A stretch of DNA of 63,386 bases. Source: Chara braunii. Taxonomy: Eukaryota > Plantae > Charophyceae. The notes under the pieces were generated by a model that was given only the letters and a program-made list of their open reading frames with translations, made no database searches and had not been told where the DNA came from. Numbering within the stretch: the first letter of the stretch is position 1; each line of letters begins with the position of its first letter. Location of the stretch: assembly GCA_003427395.1 (NCBI GenBank), contig BFEA01000026.1:120706-184091 (forward strand), given 5' to 3'. The position numbers were made by a program, and so were the translations under genes. Of this stretch, positions 1 through 34,149 are shown in pieces.

Positions 1-204
1 ATTGGCATCGCCTCTGCACAACCAAAAAAAAAAAAAAAAAAAAAAACGAAGCGCATTTGAACTTGTTCAACGATCAAACCATGATTGTTTACATCAATGA
101 GCTGATTTGAAGTGATTTCATCATTTGGATAGACTTCTACCCGTCGACATACTGCCAGTCTATGGCCCTCGCTTAACTATATAAGAGAGGGTAGTTAGGG
201 TTAA

Positions 205-244
<40 letters not shown>

Positions 245-1199
245 CACAACGAGTCTTTTACATGTCCTCGGTAATCGAAGAGAGTACGAACTCGTACAGC
301 GTGCAAAAGAAAGAAGAAGAGAAAAAAAAACGGATCAAAACGAAAGCCCACTTGAACTTCATTTCAAACGAGAGCCACATCCATGCCTTAAAACGAATAA
401 ATAGCAGCAGCTACAGAGTCCCTCCCCCCGGCCCAGCGTATGGCCCTCCCATAAAAAGACGACTGAGCTGAGAACTCCGAACTTTCCGTAAATTCTCTGC
501 ATTGACGACGAGTCGACAGGCAGTTATGTGCGCATCATATCCGTTCCATCATCAACTCCACACTTCCAAATATAACTCAGTCGACTACACAAACAAGCTT
601 GGCATCTGTAATCATCCATCCATCATATTTCAAAGGTTCAAATGGAACAAGACGCAAAAGACACGCCAAATGAAAAAAAAAAAAAAAAAAAAAAAGAAAC
701 TCAGTTGTTTTCCTCGCTCTCTACCTGCAAAAAACGAAACCTGCGATTCCAAATTCAAGTCCTGCTGGGTCCCATCTTATCTTCTATCGAGTGGTATCGA
801 CTGCTAAGTCGAGACAACCCCGAAAGTCACCTTTCCACTCCGCCCTCCTTTGCCCGTCGCTCCCTGCATGTAATAAGCTCCCGCTTATCTCCATAATAGA
901 CTCTCTCTACGTCCCAAAGCTCCGACCTCCTTTGCCCATCACTTCACTGCATGTGTCAGTCCCTACACACAAATCTTGCAACTAAATCCAGTCAGCAGAC
1001 TCGGCACCGAACTCTTCACCAGATTTGGTCAGTCCCTTTTCCCTCCGACATCAACCGTACACGACACACAAAATCTGCATAGCATAAAACTGTCCGAAAT
1101 ACGCTGACCGCCACCGATACCCTCTAAAGACCCTGAGGGAACCCCACTGCTCTGCAATTATGAAGACGTCAACAACAACACTTCAATTATGAAGACGTC

Positions 1200-1245
<46 letters not shown>

Positions 1246-2916
1246 GGAAAAAAAAAAAAGAAGATGGGGCAGTCGGCTCGGAAACACACAGCGACTCACG
1301 ACCACAGCGCACCACATTGACATCGTGAGCAAGTTTGAAAAAATTGAAACCTCTGGACTACTGTTTGAACCCCGCAACTTGTTTCTTTAAACAAAAAGCA
1401 ACAACGAGGGCGGCGGGGGGGGAAGGAACACACAAAAAAGAAAAGAAAAAAAAAAAAAAAAACAGAAGCACACGTCAACTGACTCAACCCTGTCCACTGT
1501 CCTCTGTGCACTACTGTTCTGAAATATATCCTGATGTCTTGATGTCAAGGCTATCGTGAAACATTCAAATGACGTCAGTAATAAACCCTCCAGCACGGAC
1601 CAGCAGTGTGTGTGACAACTCCACAAACACGATGACCACCACCCTCCACTTCGGAAGTCTTGGTTGGCGTGAACCATTCGTTCGAACGATACTCGTTATG
1701 AAATGCAAGTTTATTTCATCTTAGCATCAAATATTATTTTATACCATAAAAGTTAATATGCCAACACAATTCACAATGACATACGTGATGTGAAAACAGC
1801 GAAGAACAGCCTTACACCTACAGTGTGTATGCCACGACCAGACTGCCCGCTCCCCCTTTCAATGTCTTGCTTCCTTCATATGTCACACACACAACCAAGA
1901 TCAACTTCCGTGAACCACCTTACCTCTTTGGAGGCAGGCACGTTACCTCACACTCCCATAACCGAACAGGATCCCTGGCCCTCTCACTCACCTCACCATC
2001 GACCATCGACGTTAACTTCCAACAGTTGCAGCAAAGACAGGCTATAATTTTGAATGGACGCACAGCCGATTTCACGTATGTAGCTTAGCCCTCTGTGTTC
2101 ACGCAAAGAAACGCGGGCACATACAGCTTAAGGTCATCGATGTGGACGCTGCCAAAAGACCTGCGCACCCAACGGATCGCCGAGGCCAAGAGATGCCCGA
2201 CCAACAAACATGTCCTGATAGCAATATCCGTAGCCCTGGTCAGGCTTCGCCTCTTACTATCACACAGAGCAACTCGTGCTCCGTTCCACTTCAACTCGTG
2301 CTCCGTTCCACTTCAACAAAAGGGCGTACATCAGTCAACAGCATAACGCAACAGTAGCTAAGGCTGCCGACCTTCCAAGCAAGCAAAGAAGTATACCGGG
2401 AGAATAACTCTCTTTCCACAACATCATCCTTGTGCAAGAGCCAAGCCATTGTGTCTTGCAAACTCAGACACTGCTGGGTTCATTCACAAAGCGCAGCTGA
2501 TAGTAGACTCATATCGTGCACGAAACGAGGTGTCCAGCCTTTCTTACGATGCAGCTACTCCGAGGCAACTCAAGCTAGCCTCAGGTGCACACAGCCCAGT
2601 GATCCACGTGCAATCCACGTCTCTGTGGCACTCCGTTCCAGTCGCCAAAGACTGCCCAAAGTCGTCCGTCCATATCGAATTCCCCACGTCAGTTGACAAG
2701 CAGGCACACACCTACCCTTTCACCTACATGCTGCTGCAGCGATTCGCCCATCATCTCCTTTCGCTTCACAACAGTAACCCTTCCCACCTCTGGGCGCCGA
2801 TCTCCCACACGAAGCCCTTCCCATGCATGGACTGCTGCACCAACTCACTGCTCATGTCCTCGCTCTCCGATCTCCCTCATAAACTCGTTCACCCATCACG
2901 TCCTTCCGCCTTCACC

Positions 2917-3320
2917 ATTACCCTGCAAACCCGCCCCCATAAGAACCCCCTATTGCGCATAGGCCGTTGTGCCGTTCCACGGCGGCCTGCACCACCTGTG
3001 GACGACAAAATCACCCTTCAAACCCGCCCCCATAGGAACCCCATATTGCGCATAGGCAGCTGCGCCGTTCCGCGGCGGCCTGCACCACCTGTGGACGACA
3101 AAATCACCCTTCAAACCCATACCCATAGGAACCCCCTATTGGGCATGGGCAGGTGTGCTGCTCCACGGTGGCCTGCACCACCTGTGGACGACAAAATCAC
3201 CCTTCAAACCCATACCCATAGGAAGTCCCTATTGCGCATAGGCAGGTGTGCAGCTCCGCAGCGGCCTGCACCGCCTATGGACGACAAAATCTCCCTTCCC
3301 TGCAAACTCGTCCCCACAGG
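2917..3320. repeat. 93-bp tandem minisatellite, ~4 copies
   Basis: The motif GACGACAAAAT recurs at 3001, 3094, 3187 and 3280, an exact 93-bp period. Confidence 0.95.
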
Positions 3321-4859
3321 AGCCCTTTCCATCCATGGACTGCCCCACTGCTTCACTACAGTTCAGATGACAAGTGCATATATGAATATAAAAGCTTGCA
3401 CAAGCCCAGATGCCCCAGGCGCTTGCCTCCAGTGTCACGGAACTACCCCTCAGGTCAATAAGCTCCACACTCAAACCCCTCGCTGGGGGTCACCCACTGA
3501 AAAAGCACATTGCTCACTCACGAGTCGGGCAAGATCATAATGACGACTCCTTTCAATTCATAGCCTCGTCTGATAAGTGCACAAACAACATTCTGCAAAT
3601 TTGATCCGCCGCAGAATTTGACACGAAACGAGCACGAAATGAGTATCCGGATTCTTCCCTCTCACTTGTCATAACACAGTAACAAAGACAGCATAGAGAG
3701 GGGTCTCGCTGAAACCGAACGTAAGGAGGTTGACCGACCGCCCGTACCTGAAAGCTTTGCCTGCGATGTACACCTGTCAGTTACATGTGAGTATCCGGTC
3801 ACTCAAACTCAGCGGAAGAGAGGACATCTTTCCACTAGACCTCCAGTTTTTTACCCACCTGTTCTTTCAGCACGCTGATGCTCTGAAAACACAGCATGCT
3901 ATGCTTCCGAAACGTACCCTCCCGAAACAAGGGCTGTACCCTCCCGAAAATAGGGTTCTCCCCCTGTAACCCTGATACAACACCACAGCACCCTAACACA
4001 CTCTCGCACTGAGACTCATGTCATCCCTAACTGACAAGTCCAACTGAACTGTGTGTACTCAACATAAAGAAACCGCAGGTGCACAGCGGCCGCAACTCCC
4101 AAGCTGACACAGGCTCAGAAAGGGATAAACCGCCTGCCGTAAGATGGACGGGCACTAGAGTCGTACGGAGACCACCCCACGTTAATCCGCTAAAGTCCAC
4201 GAGCCTGATAGTAGGGTAGAGCAGCCAGCCAAAACACAGAATCTACAGACGCAAGAAACCTGAATGGCATCCGTTACGAATGGACAGAGAGGCTCTTCAC
4301 CAGACCAGGGCAGCAACGTCCATAAGACCGCCAAAATGAATGTACCACACCTATAAACCTCCAAAGGTAAGTTGAAAGGACTAGCACCACCGCAGCTCAA
4401 CGAAAGCCCGCACTGGGTAATTAGACTACGCCTCGAAATCGGTACCACAACTACAAGCCTCCAACGGTGAAAGGATTATCACCACTGCAGCTCAGCGAAA
4501 GCCCACACCGGGAAATGAGACTATGCCAAGAAAGTGGAGATTGTCGACAACAGAGTTTGCTTATGCAAAGAAGATCTGCACAGACGTCCATAGATCCAAG
4601 AAGCCTTCCACATGGGCTGATCAATAAACCGTGATCACTTTTCGGAGAGCCTTGCATTAGCTGTCGCCTCCGCTTGCCTCACTGGGTAGAAGTACGGGTG
4701 AGCCTGAGAATAAAAAGACCGCCAAAAACGTACGCAGGATTCCAATTTGCGAATCAGTCAAGGACGCCGCTCAAACACGCATTACAGGAGGGAGTGCACA
4801 AGGTGCAAAAGCGCACACTCAACAAGCATAGAGAGGGGGGAATAAGAGAGAGAAAAGGG

Positions 4860-4897
4860 CTGTCTCTTATACACATCTAGATGTGTATAAGAGACAG
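4860..4897. other. Nextera mate-pair junction adapter (Tn5 mosaic ends back to back), sequencing artefact
   Basis: Exact CTGTCTCTTATACACATCT + AGATGTGTATAAGAGACAG, 40 bp from an N gap. Confidence 0.98.
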
Positions 4898-5197
4898 GAT
4901 TAGCATGGCTCCTGTGCAAGGATGACAAGCAGAAATTNNNNNNNNNNNNNNNNNNNNNNNNNNNNNNNNNNNNNNNNGGGGGGGGGAAGGGAGGAAGGGC
5001 CCAGGGAAGTGGGTAAGGGACAACCGATTTAAGTTACCTGTACTTCCAGGACAGTTTCTTCCGGACCTCCGGACACCCAGCGCACCAAGGTTTGGCAAAC
5101 CTCCACCTCGACATTTTTTTTTTCTTTTTCTTTTGGCTGTCACCAACAGCCATTGACGTCCGGTAGCCGTGTAAGCCCAGTTAAAGCGCAGTGTTAA

Positions 5198-5278
5198 CGG
5201 TCATTATCGCTGCATCTCGACCGAAAGTTGAGCCAAAAACAGTTATACTGACCGGGTGCTCTATTCGGGTGAAAACGG
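5198..5278. mobile_element. Partial copy of the ~105-bp TA-flanked MITE family (left end eroded)
   Basis: Right end TGACCGGGTGCTCTATTCGGGTGAAAACGG|TA matches the family TIR. Confidence 0.6.
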
Positions 5279-6542
5279 TAGGGTATTTTGACCACCTTCA
5301 TATGTTAACACAACTCTCATGCTGTTTGTGTTTTCTTTTTTTTTTTTTTCTTTCTTTCGGGGTGGGTGGGTTCCGTTTGACATGTGCAATATACTGATCT
5401 GAAGTTGAGAACATGTAGATAGGATGGGTACTGGTGGGATTAAAGCCCGCTTTTAACCCCCTTTATAAGTTGTCTCATGGTGGGGCTCCATTTGACAAGT
5501 GCAAAATTTTACCCATACCGGTCCCATTTCAGAGCACGCCTCCGTGATCGATTTCTCCCTCGTCTGGAACTCCGAACAGGCCCTCCTGACCATTGTCCAA
5601 CCGGACTAACCAGTATTCAATGAATTAAAAAAGAAAAAAAGAAAAAAAAAGGACAGCACCCCAAAAGCTAACCCACTGCAAAACTCCATGAGAACCTGAA
5701 AAGAAAATGGGCATCGCCACACCACTCTTGAAATGTGCAAAATGAAAATGAACTTCCGGCTACAATATGGCCAGATGCACCCACCACATTTTTGTCTTTT
5801 AAACTCTTTTTCACATTTCGAGCGTGGTGTGGCGAGGCCCAATGGCACTGGCCTGCAACATCCGAAAGGCACTAATGATCGTTCCAAAATCTGCACACCG
5901 GTTCCAACAAAAGCCCAACAATATTCCCACGAAACAAATCCGCAACTTTCTTCCAGACCCAGAGAACGCCCTACTGGTCCAGGAGTTCCTGAACTGCCGA
6001 GGAGTTGGACAATTTAAAAGAAACTCTTGTTTATCGAGATCGAGATGCCCAAGCAAAAAAAGCAAAGCTATCTGAGAAAAAAAATCCGTAAATGGCTCCA
6101 TGATATCACGCCTGTCATCTCCAAGATATCACGCCTGTCATATATGATACCGTACATTTAAGTGTCTTTGAAGAGTAGATTTTCATATGATGATCGTCGG
6201 GTTTGAGATTCAGATAAATCTTAGGTTTTTCAATTGCGCCTTCGAGAACTGGACCATTTTTTAAATTGCAAGCTTTCCTTATGGTTCAAATGACATCAGA
6301 GGAGCTCAATAATATATTTATAACATATTTATTCAATAGAGACTTGACTGTGCATCACTCACTCCTGCGTGTTCCTGTGGTGCCATGTTTGTTCCGAAAG
6401 AAGACATGAACCTGGTCATTAAAGACGGCAAGGATCATGCTTTCTTAGAACAGAGATAGCGTAGTGGGCCTGCCAGTGGGACCAGATTCATGGTTGGGAC
6501 AGAACAAGCTGAATAACCCAAATTGAAGGTGTGCATCCTCAC

Positions 6543-28049
<21,507 letters not shown>

Positions 28050-28539
28050 TGCGCCTGGTCGGCGGATCGCTTTTCCTATTCTCTGCGCCAGATTGCCCGG
28101 TTTTGCGCTGTCCTCTGGAAGTTTCTGCTCCTTGAATAATAAGTCACCGAGGCTCAACTTTTTCGCGCCCTTCTCGCCCTGCTTCTGTTGTCGTCGGGAC
28201 TGCGGCGGCAAAACCTCGTCCTCCCCCTCCTTATCCCCCTCCTTATCCCCCACTATCCCTCTGCCACCGTCAGCTCCTTCCTTTTGCACAAGAGTGCTGC
28301 TGCTGAACGTTGCCCCAGGGTACACCAATACCCCTCCCCGCCCTTTTTCCACTCCTCCCCCTCCTCCTCCTCCTCCTCGATTCCACCCGGTTGTCCACAG
28401 CCGGTCCCAGACGCCTTCCCTGCTGTGACAGTTCGATGATTCTTCAACCACTTTTCTCAGTAACGACTGCTTTGGGCACACCCCCCCCCCCCCCCCCCTC
28501 CTCTCTCACTCGCCGCGATAGCACTGCTCCCGGTCTTCT

Positions 28540-28970
28540 GCGCAACCGCATGGTAATGATACCCGAGGCCGATGCTTCCCGGTGCACAGCTCGAATACGG
28601 AGGAAAGTAACCCGCAAGGCTGTGCCCTAAAACCATGAATGCGAGACAAAAAACGCAACATAGAAAAACACAGGGCACAGTCATTGATCGCGTTATTGTC
28701 ATGATGATACATGAACCTGCGGGCCGACAAATAAATACGTCAACGTTGGGAGAGGGAGGGGGGGAGGGGTCAACTCCTCTCGCCACCACGATAACGATAT
28801 CCGAGGTCAACACTCCCCCGGGCCGCAGTCCAAATGTGTGGAGGGAAGTACCCACACGCGAGGCCGTGCCCTAGAGACCAAGAAATGCAACATAGAAAAC
28901 ACACGGCACAGTCATCGATCGCGTTATTACCATGATACATGCACCTAAGGGCCGACAAATAATACTACTG
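28540..28970. repeat. Two diverged direct repeats (~240-bp period) upstream of CK2 exon 1
   Basis: GTGCCCTA...GCAACATAGAAAA...GGCACAGTCAT(T/C)GATCGCGTTATT...GGGCCGACAAATAA occurs twice. Confidence 0.8.
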
Positions 28971-29078
28971 TATGTGTACGGAAAGGGAGGGGTGGGGGCG
29001 GGAGGGGAGGGGGAGGGAAGGGGAGGAAGGGGGGGAAGAAGGGGACCTACTTCACCACCAACGATAATGACCACACTA

Positions 29079-29183
29079 CCGTCTTCCCCCGAACACAACG
29101 CACCCTCATCTTGGCTGTACCGGACCGGAAATAGAGCTTGCATACGTTCAATTTCAGGGTGCGTTATGTTCGGGGGAAGACCG
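29079..29183. mobile_element. 105-bp TA-flanked MITE, diverged subfamily
   Basis: TA|CCGTCTTCCCCCGAACACAACGCACCCT ... AGGGTGCGTTATGTTCGGGGGAAGACCG|TA. Confidence 0.8.
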
Positions 29184-30038
29184 TAGCCCTCAAGATGAGG
29201 AGACACGAAACAAGGAAGGTTGGCGGCACAAGAAGGAGAGAGAGGGAAGAGGAAGAAAACAAGGAAGGAGAAGGGCAGCTAAGGAGGAGGGGAGAAAGGG
29301 ACGAAAGACGGGGAGGCAAATTAAAGGGAGAACCGGGGGAATGAACAAAAGAGAGAGGAGAACCCACACCACATACACTCAAAGAAGGAACAAGCTGATG
29401 TACTAATAAGAGAGAGAAGAAGAGTGAAAACAAGCGGGGAGAAGGTTGGAGGTGACGATGATCTCATCGAGCGCCACGTGTACGCCACGTGTAGAGAGTA
29501 GGACAGGCACGTCCAACCCGTCAACGTATAATCAGCCCGATCATCCATCTAGCCAATCAACCCACCAATCAACCTACCAACCAAGCGATGGATCTCTCAG
29601 TCAACGAGCAATCATCCAATCCAATCAACGGATGTGGACTACTTCGCCACCGCCGTCCAAGGAACTCGACATCAGTCCCAATGAGCTATACTCTCCCACG
29701 GACTGCTCACCGGCTGCTTTTTCTCACCAACACGCCTATCATCACACCCGATCAACACGGCGAGAGGAAGGGGGATGAGGAGAAGGGGATGAGTGACGGA
29801 AGATAGAAATGAAGCGTCCCCACGCGCGCACGCGCAAGATGGAGAGAGAGGGAGAGAGGGAGAGGGAGAGGGAGAGAGAATCCCGATAACCCTCAACCTG
29901 AGGCTATAGCCCCAATACTCTACATCAGCCAACCGAAATACTTGCCCAAGGAACTGCTGACACTAACTTTTGTAAGCAACAGGCCTTCCGAACACACCAG
30001 ATCAACAGAGGAAGAAGGGAGAATCAAGAGCGGGAGGA

Positions 30039-30078
<40 letters not shown>

Positions 30079-31927
30079 GTAACAAGAGAGAAGGGGTGGC
30101 TGGGGGAGCGCGAAGGAGGGGAGGAGGGAGGGGAGGAGGGAGGGGGAAGGGGGGAGGGGGAGAGGAGAGGAAGAAAGAGCCGACATGGAAGACGGCCCTC
30201 ATCCCAAGGCTAACGTTCAAGCTCTTCTGCGCCGACCCACTCTCCATTACCTGTTCCTACCTCACAACACGCCACAACCGCAGTCACGCATCCTATCCTG
30301 ACACAGACATGTGGGCAAGCGATTGCATTGCTCTCTCCCCACCTCACCATTCAGATTGACGGACAGGCGAGCGCGCAAGCGAGCAAGAGCAACGCGCGAG
30401 CCAGTTCAACGTACCTAGACGCCGTCACATGATCATCCTTCAACGCTCCTTTGCAATGACATCACAAGAATGGGGGGGCCCACAGTACGCCACCGATAGG
30501 CTCGGTCCTCAGCACACGGGACACACACCACCACTCTCATCAATGGACGACCGCCCATACGCGAGGCCCCTGTCCTCGTTTTTAATCAAGAGCACCTCAG
30601 ACGGCATAGCCGAACCACAACGTACGTCCGATCTCTCGATCGACCGCTGACCTACTCCCGATGCCGTTTCTACGGAAACAGCCATTTCCCAAGATCACCT
30701 GCTGCGTGTCTGTCTGTGCCCCGCGCAAGGGGGGCCCGCACGTAGACGTCTTCCCGCACTGAGCCCAGGCAGACACAGGATATCAACCACATTCGTTTTC
30801 CTTCCATGATATGATAACATTTTCCCTTTCCCTTCCTGTTTATTGATGACAACAACAAGGGTTCGTACTCTCATCTGATAGATAGAGGGGGTTGAATCGC
30901 ACGGACGACATGGTTCGATCGTCAAAAAAAAATCCTCACCTGCTTGATTAGCAGTGGCTTGGTACGGGCGTACGATTACCATTCAGCCTAATAAGAGGCG
31001 CTGCTGCCGTGCTGCGACCTATTCCACCACATTTTTCTAGTCTAGAATCTAGAATAGAACGGGGAAAAACCTTCCCGGGGTTCAAACTCACTTTTTAATA
31101 TTCAGCAGCGAACGTTTACTGGCATATACGATTCTACCCTCGTGGCGGTGTCTCTGTCGTTGAGAAGACGCTTCCCGTTACTCGGGACTTTGTCCACAAC
31201 CTCGGCCGACGGCCGACGACCGACGACCGTCGACCGCTGGATCCATCCACTGAGCCGGATCGCAGCCGTAAACCCAACCGTGCATTAACGATGAGTGTGT
31301 GGCGGCCTGGAAACGGCCCCGGGGCTAGGTCGCACTTGCACGAATTAAGAGATACGGATCGTAGATACCAAAGATCAATGGCCGAAATCTCCTAATGGGA
31401 CCTTGCCCCCGCGAAGAAGCGAGTACTGGCATTCTGGCGCTTTGGCCCTCTGGCGGTCCAACAACAAAACTCTCGGGCCTACGGTAGCCGCGAGAAACCG
31501 CAGCCATAACGGCGGCTACCGGTGGCCACAGTAGAAACGTGGCGCCGCCGTTCGGATCGCGGTCCGATCTTATTATCAGTCAGATATCGAACGGTCATCA
31601 TTCGGCTCGCGCCTCGTTGGAGCCCTCCAGCTCGGGGTCCACCACGAGTGGCAACGTCCCAAAAAATAAATAAATAAGAAAAGAGTGGCAACCGCTACCG
31701 GTAGCTCAAACCTACCAGCGGTAGCCCGCCTTCGGACGACGTTTGCGCAACTTCCTCATGCGGATCCTTGGCGCCTACTGTAGTGCCACGTCAGTGTCCA
31801 GTGCTATCTACCATCATTGAGCTGACCGGCCCCAGGCAATTCAGAAATATTTGGTTCTACTCAATCAAGTTCCATCGTCTGGATTCTTTTTTTCTTTTTT
31901 TTTTCCCCGAACAAATGCTCACACTAA

Positions 31928-33682
31928 GGGCCTCGTTAGACCCTCCTTGGAAAATCCTCAGGAAGTGGGACGGAGTCCTTGGAAAATTTTCCGGTTTCCG
32001 GCGTGGTTACACCGCGTCCTAATTCGATGGGTCCCAAGGAACCGCGTCCCAATTCGATGGGTCCCAAAGAAAACCCTTGGAGGTCTCCAGCGGCCAATTT
32101 CATATGCATACACGCAGCCGCGGGGGTGGATGTCCGTCATCGTGCTGGGATGTCCGTGCATCCTCGGGCGTGGTCCAGTGGCGGCGGCGGGGAGGCCTAC
32201 CGGGCTGAACGAAAAAGGGGTGCCAACATCTCGGTTCAAATTTCAGATTTCAAACCCTCCATTGTAATGCATCCGCGCGTGAGGTGTCCTGGCGGCTGGA
32301 CTGGAGACTAGGGCAAAACGTCTGTGAGGACTGATGGCGACCATGGCTTAAAACGAGGGCATTGGAACGTTGGGCGACGTAGTGTGTATGTGTAGTGGTT
32401 CTCTACTGTGACGTCACCTTCGTGTTCCACATGCTCTTCAGACTCTCACAAATGAGCGTGAAAAACGTTGAGAGTGCGAGGGCGGTTCCCATCGACGTGC
32501 AGAAGGTGCAGCAACGGCAACGGCGGACGAACGAGTGGTGGGTGCTTGTGCATTGCAAGTTGTGACGATGGAGGGAGAGCTCCCGGGTGGTGCGAAGGCA
32601 TTAACGACATTGGAAAGAAACACGGTGGTTGCAGCTGTGTCAATCGTCGCCATGTGTAATCGCATTGAGCGAACGACAACTTGCCTAAGGATGAGATTGT
32701 TCGTTCGCAATCAGAGGCAGCTGATGCAACAAGTGATGGATGCATCCGATTGTGTGTCGTTATCAGAATCCATTGTGCAATTTTGTTGCCCCATGGCATC
32801 GAGTGTGATCCCGCGGGCGATGCCGAGATGGTGGATGAGGAAAAGGATGGGAGGAACATGGGAGGATCTCAGGCAGGTTGACGACTTGGCGGAGGGCTAC
32901 TACAAGGAGAAGTTGCGGAGTGGAGTAGTCAATAGCTCGCGCCGGCTGTCTGGTGGAGGTTTCTCGTTTGTCCATCGTTGTCTTCCGCACCGTTTGTCGT
33001 TTCCGTCTGCTGTCAGGACCCCGCACAACGACTCACTCGTGGAACAACACGACAAGGAGCAGGAGAAGAGTGGCCAGCACCAAGAGCGGGAACCGCCAGA
33101 GGACGTCTGTTATGAATCGCAGCATGCGAGGCGTGTACCAACAAAGCTTGCATCAATGCGCCCGACAATAGCCGACAAAACACGCTAGGCAGATAACTAC
33201 AATCGGTTGACAGTGCTTCAACATCACTTGTAGAAAAATTGAAAAATTTTACAGTTGGACACCACGATCGGCGACGCACGCACGGAAAACCCTGCTTCGG
33301 GAAGCGCCTTGCAGTTGAAGAACCACCCCCACGCATTTTCATACCAACGGTAATGGTGGAAGGCCGTTGGGGGCCCGTCGGGTACGTGACGACGGCGATG
33401 TCCGCCCAATGGACCACGGACAACCTGTGCACCAACCTCGACTCCAAATTTTCCTGTTTGCGCTCGCTCCAGAACACTCCGTTAATCGCGGCTCCTTTAA
33501 CCCAAGGGACCTCGTGAGGACCCCTTGAATCTAAGGACGTTTTGGTTGGGGATACTGAGGAACCCAATGAAATCTCTCGGGAGTGTTTTCACATTCATTC
33601 AAGGAATTTGGTGAATTAGGACGCGGTGTAACGACGGCGATTTCCTAAAAAAATGATTTTCAAGGAGGGTCTAACGAGGCCC
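31928..33682 (+). mobile_element. PIF/Harbinger DNA transposon, internally deleted
   Basis: TAA TSD on both sides, a 22-bp perfect TIR GGGCCTCGTTAGACCCTCCTTG, and a subterminal inverted GTTACACCGCGTCCTAATTC. The internal ORF resembles a Harbinger transposase N-terminus. Confidence 0.88.
32535..32920 (+). pseudogene. Harbinger-type transposase N-terminal remnant
   Basis: RWWMRKRMGGTWEDLRQVDDLAEGYYKEKLR resembles the W..R...W...F.E.LRM segment that precedes Harbinger DDE domains. Similarity stops after KLR and no DDE motif is visible. Recognition from memory, no search run. Confidence 0.6.
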
Positions 33683-34149
33683 TAAGGTACTTGCACGAAC
33701 GACCAAGTAAAGATAGTGCTCTAAGGTACTTGCACAAACGACCAAGTAAAGATAGTTGAGAAGTAGAACCATACTCCTAAACATAAAGATAATTTCAATT
33801 TTGAAGCACCTTTCAATCCAATAAGGGAATGAACCATTCAGGCTAGATATGAATGTAAAAAAAAAATTAACGACCATACTTTAAGCCAGGCTAAGTCTGG
33901 GACTAACGCGGCCCAGAGGAGCATGTCCGGGTCCTACAAACACTCTGCTAATACGCCACTGCGACTCTAGAGAACCGAGTGTCCTGGTTCGAGTGGAGCA
34001 TTTTTCTATCTACTTACAGTCCCCTAACCAAGTGCGCTGGTTACAGGGCCCACGAAACTAAATTAGAGTGAAATTTCACCTCCTGCGCAAATTGTCTGCT
34101 CTATGACAGTCAGATTCGTGCTCAGCAATTCGACTACTGGCTAGCCTTG

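Noticed and set aside
2917-3320. CRISPR-like periodicity (also 60063-60172)
   Set aside because: Whole units repeat with no unique spacers, the context is eukaryotic, and there are no cas genes.
4860-4897. Genuine Tn5/IS50 insertion
   Set aside because: Back-to-back synthetic mosaic ends with no transposase are the mate-pair adapter.
6245-6270. Third U6 3'-end fragment (AAATGGTCCA on the minus strand)
   Set aside because: Only about 10 nt match with no A-tail, so chance level.
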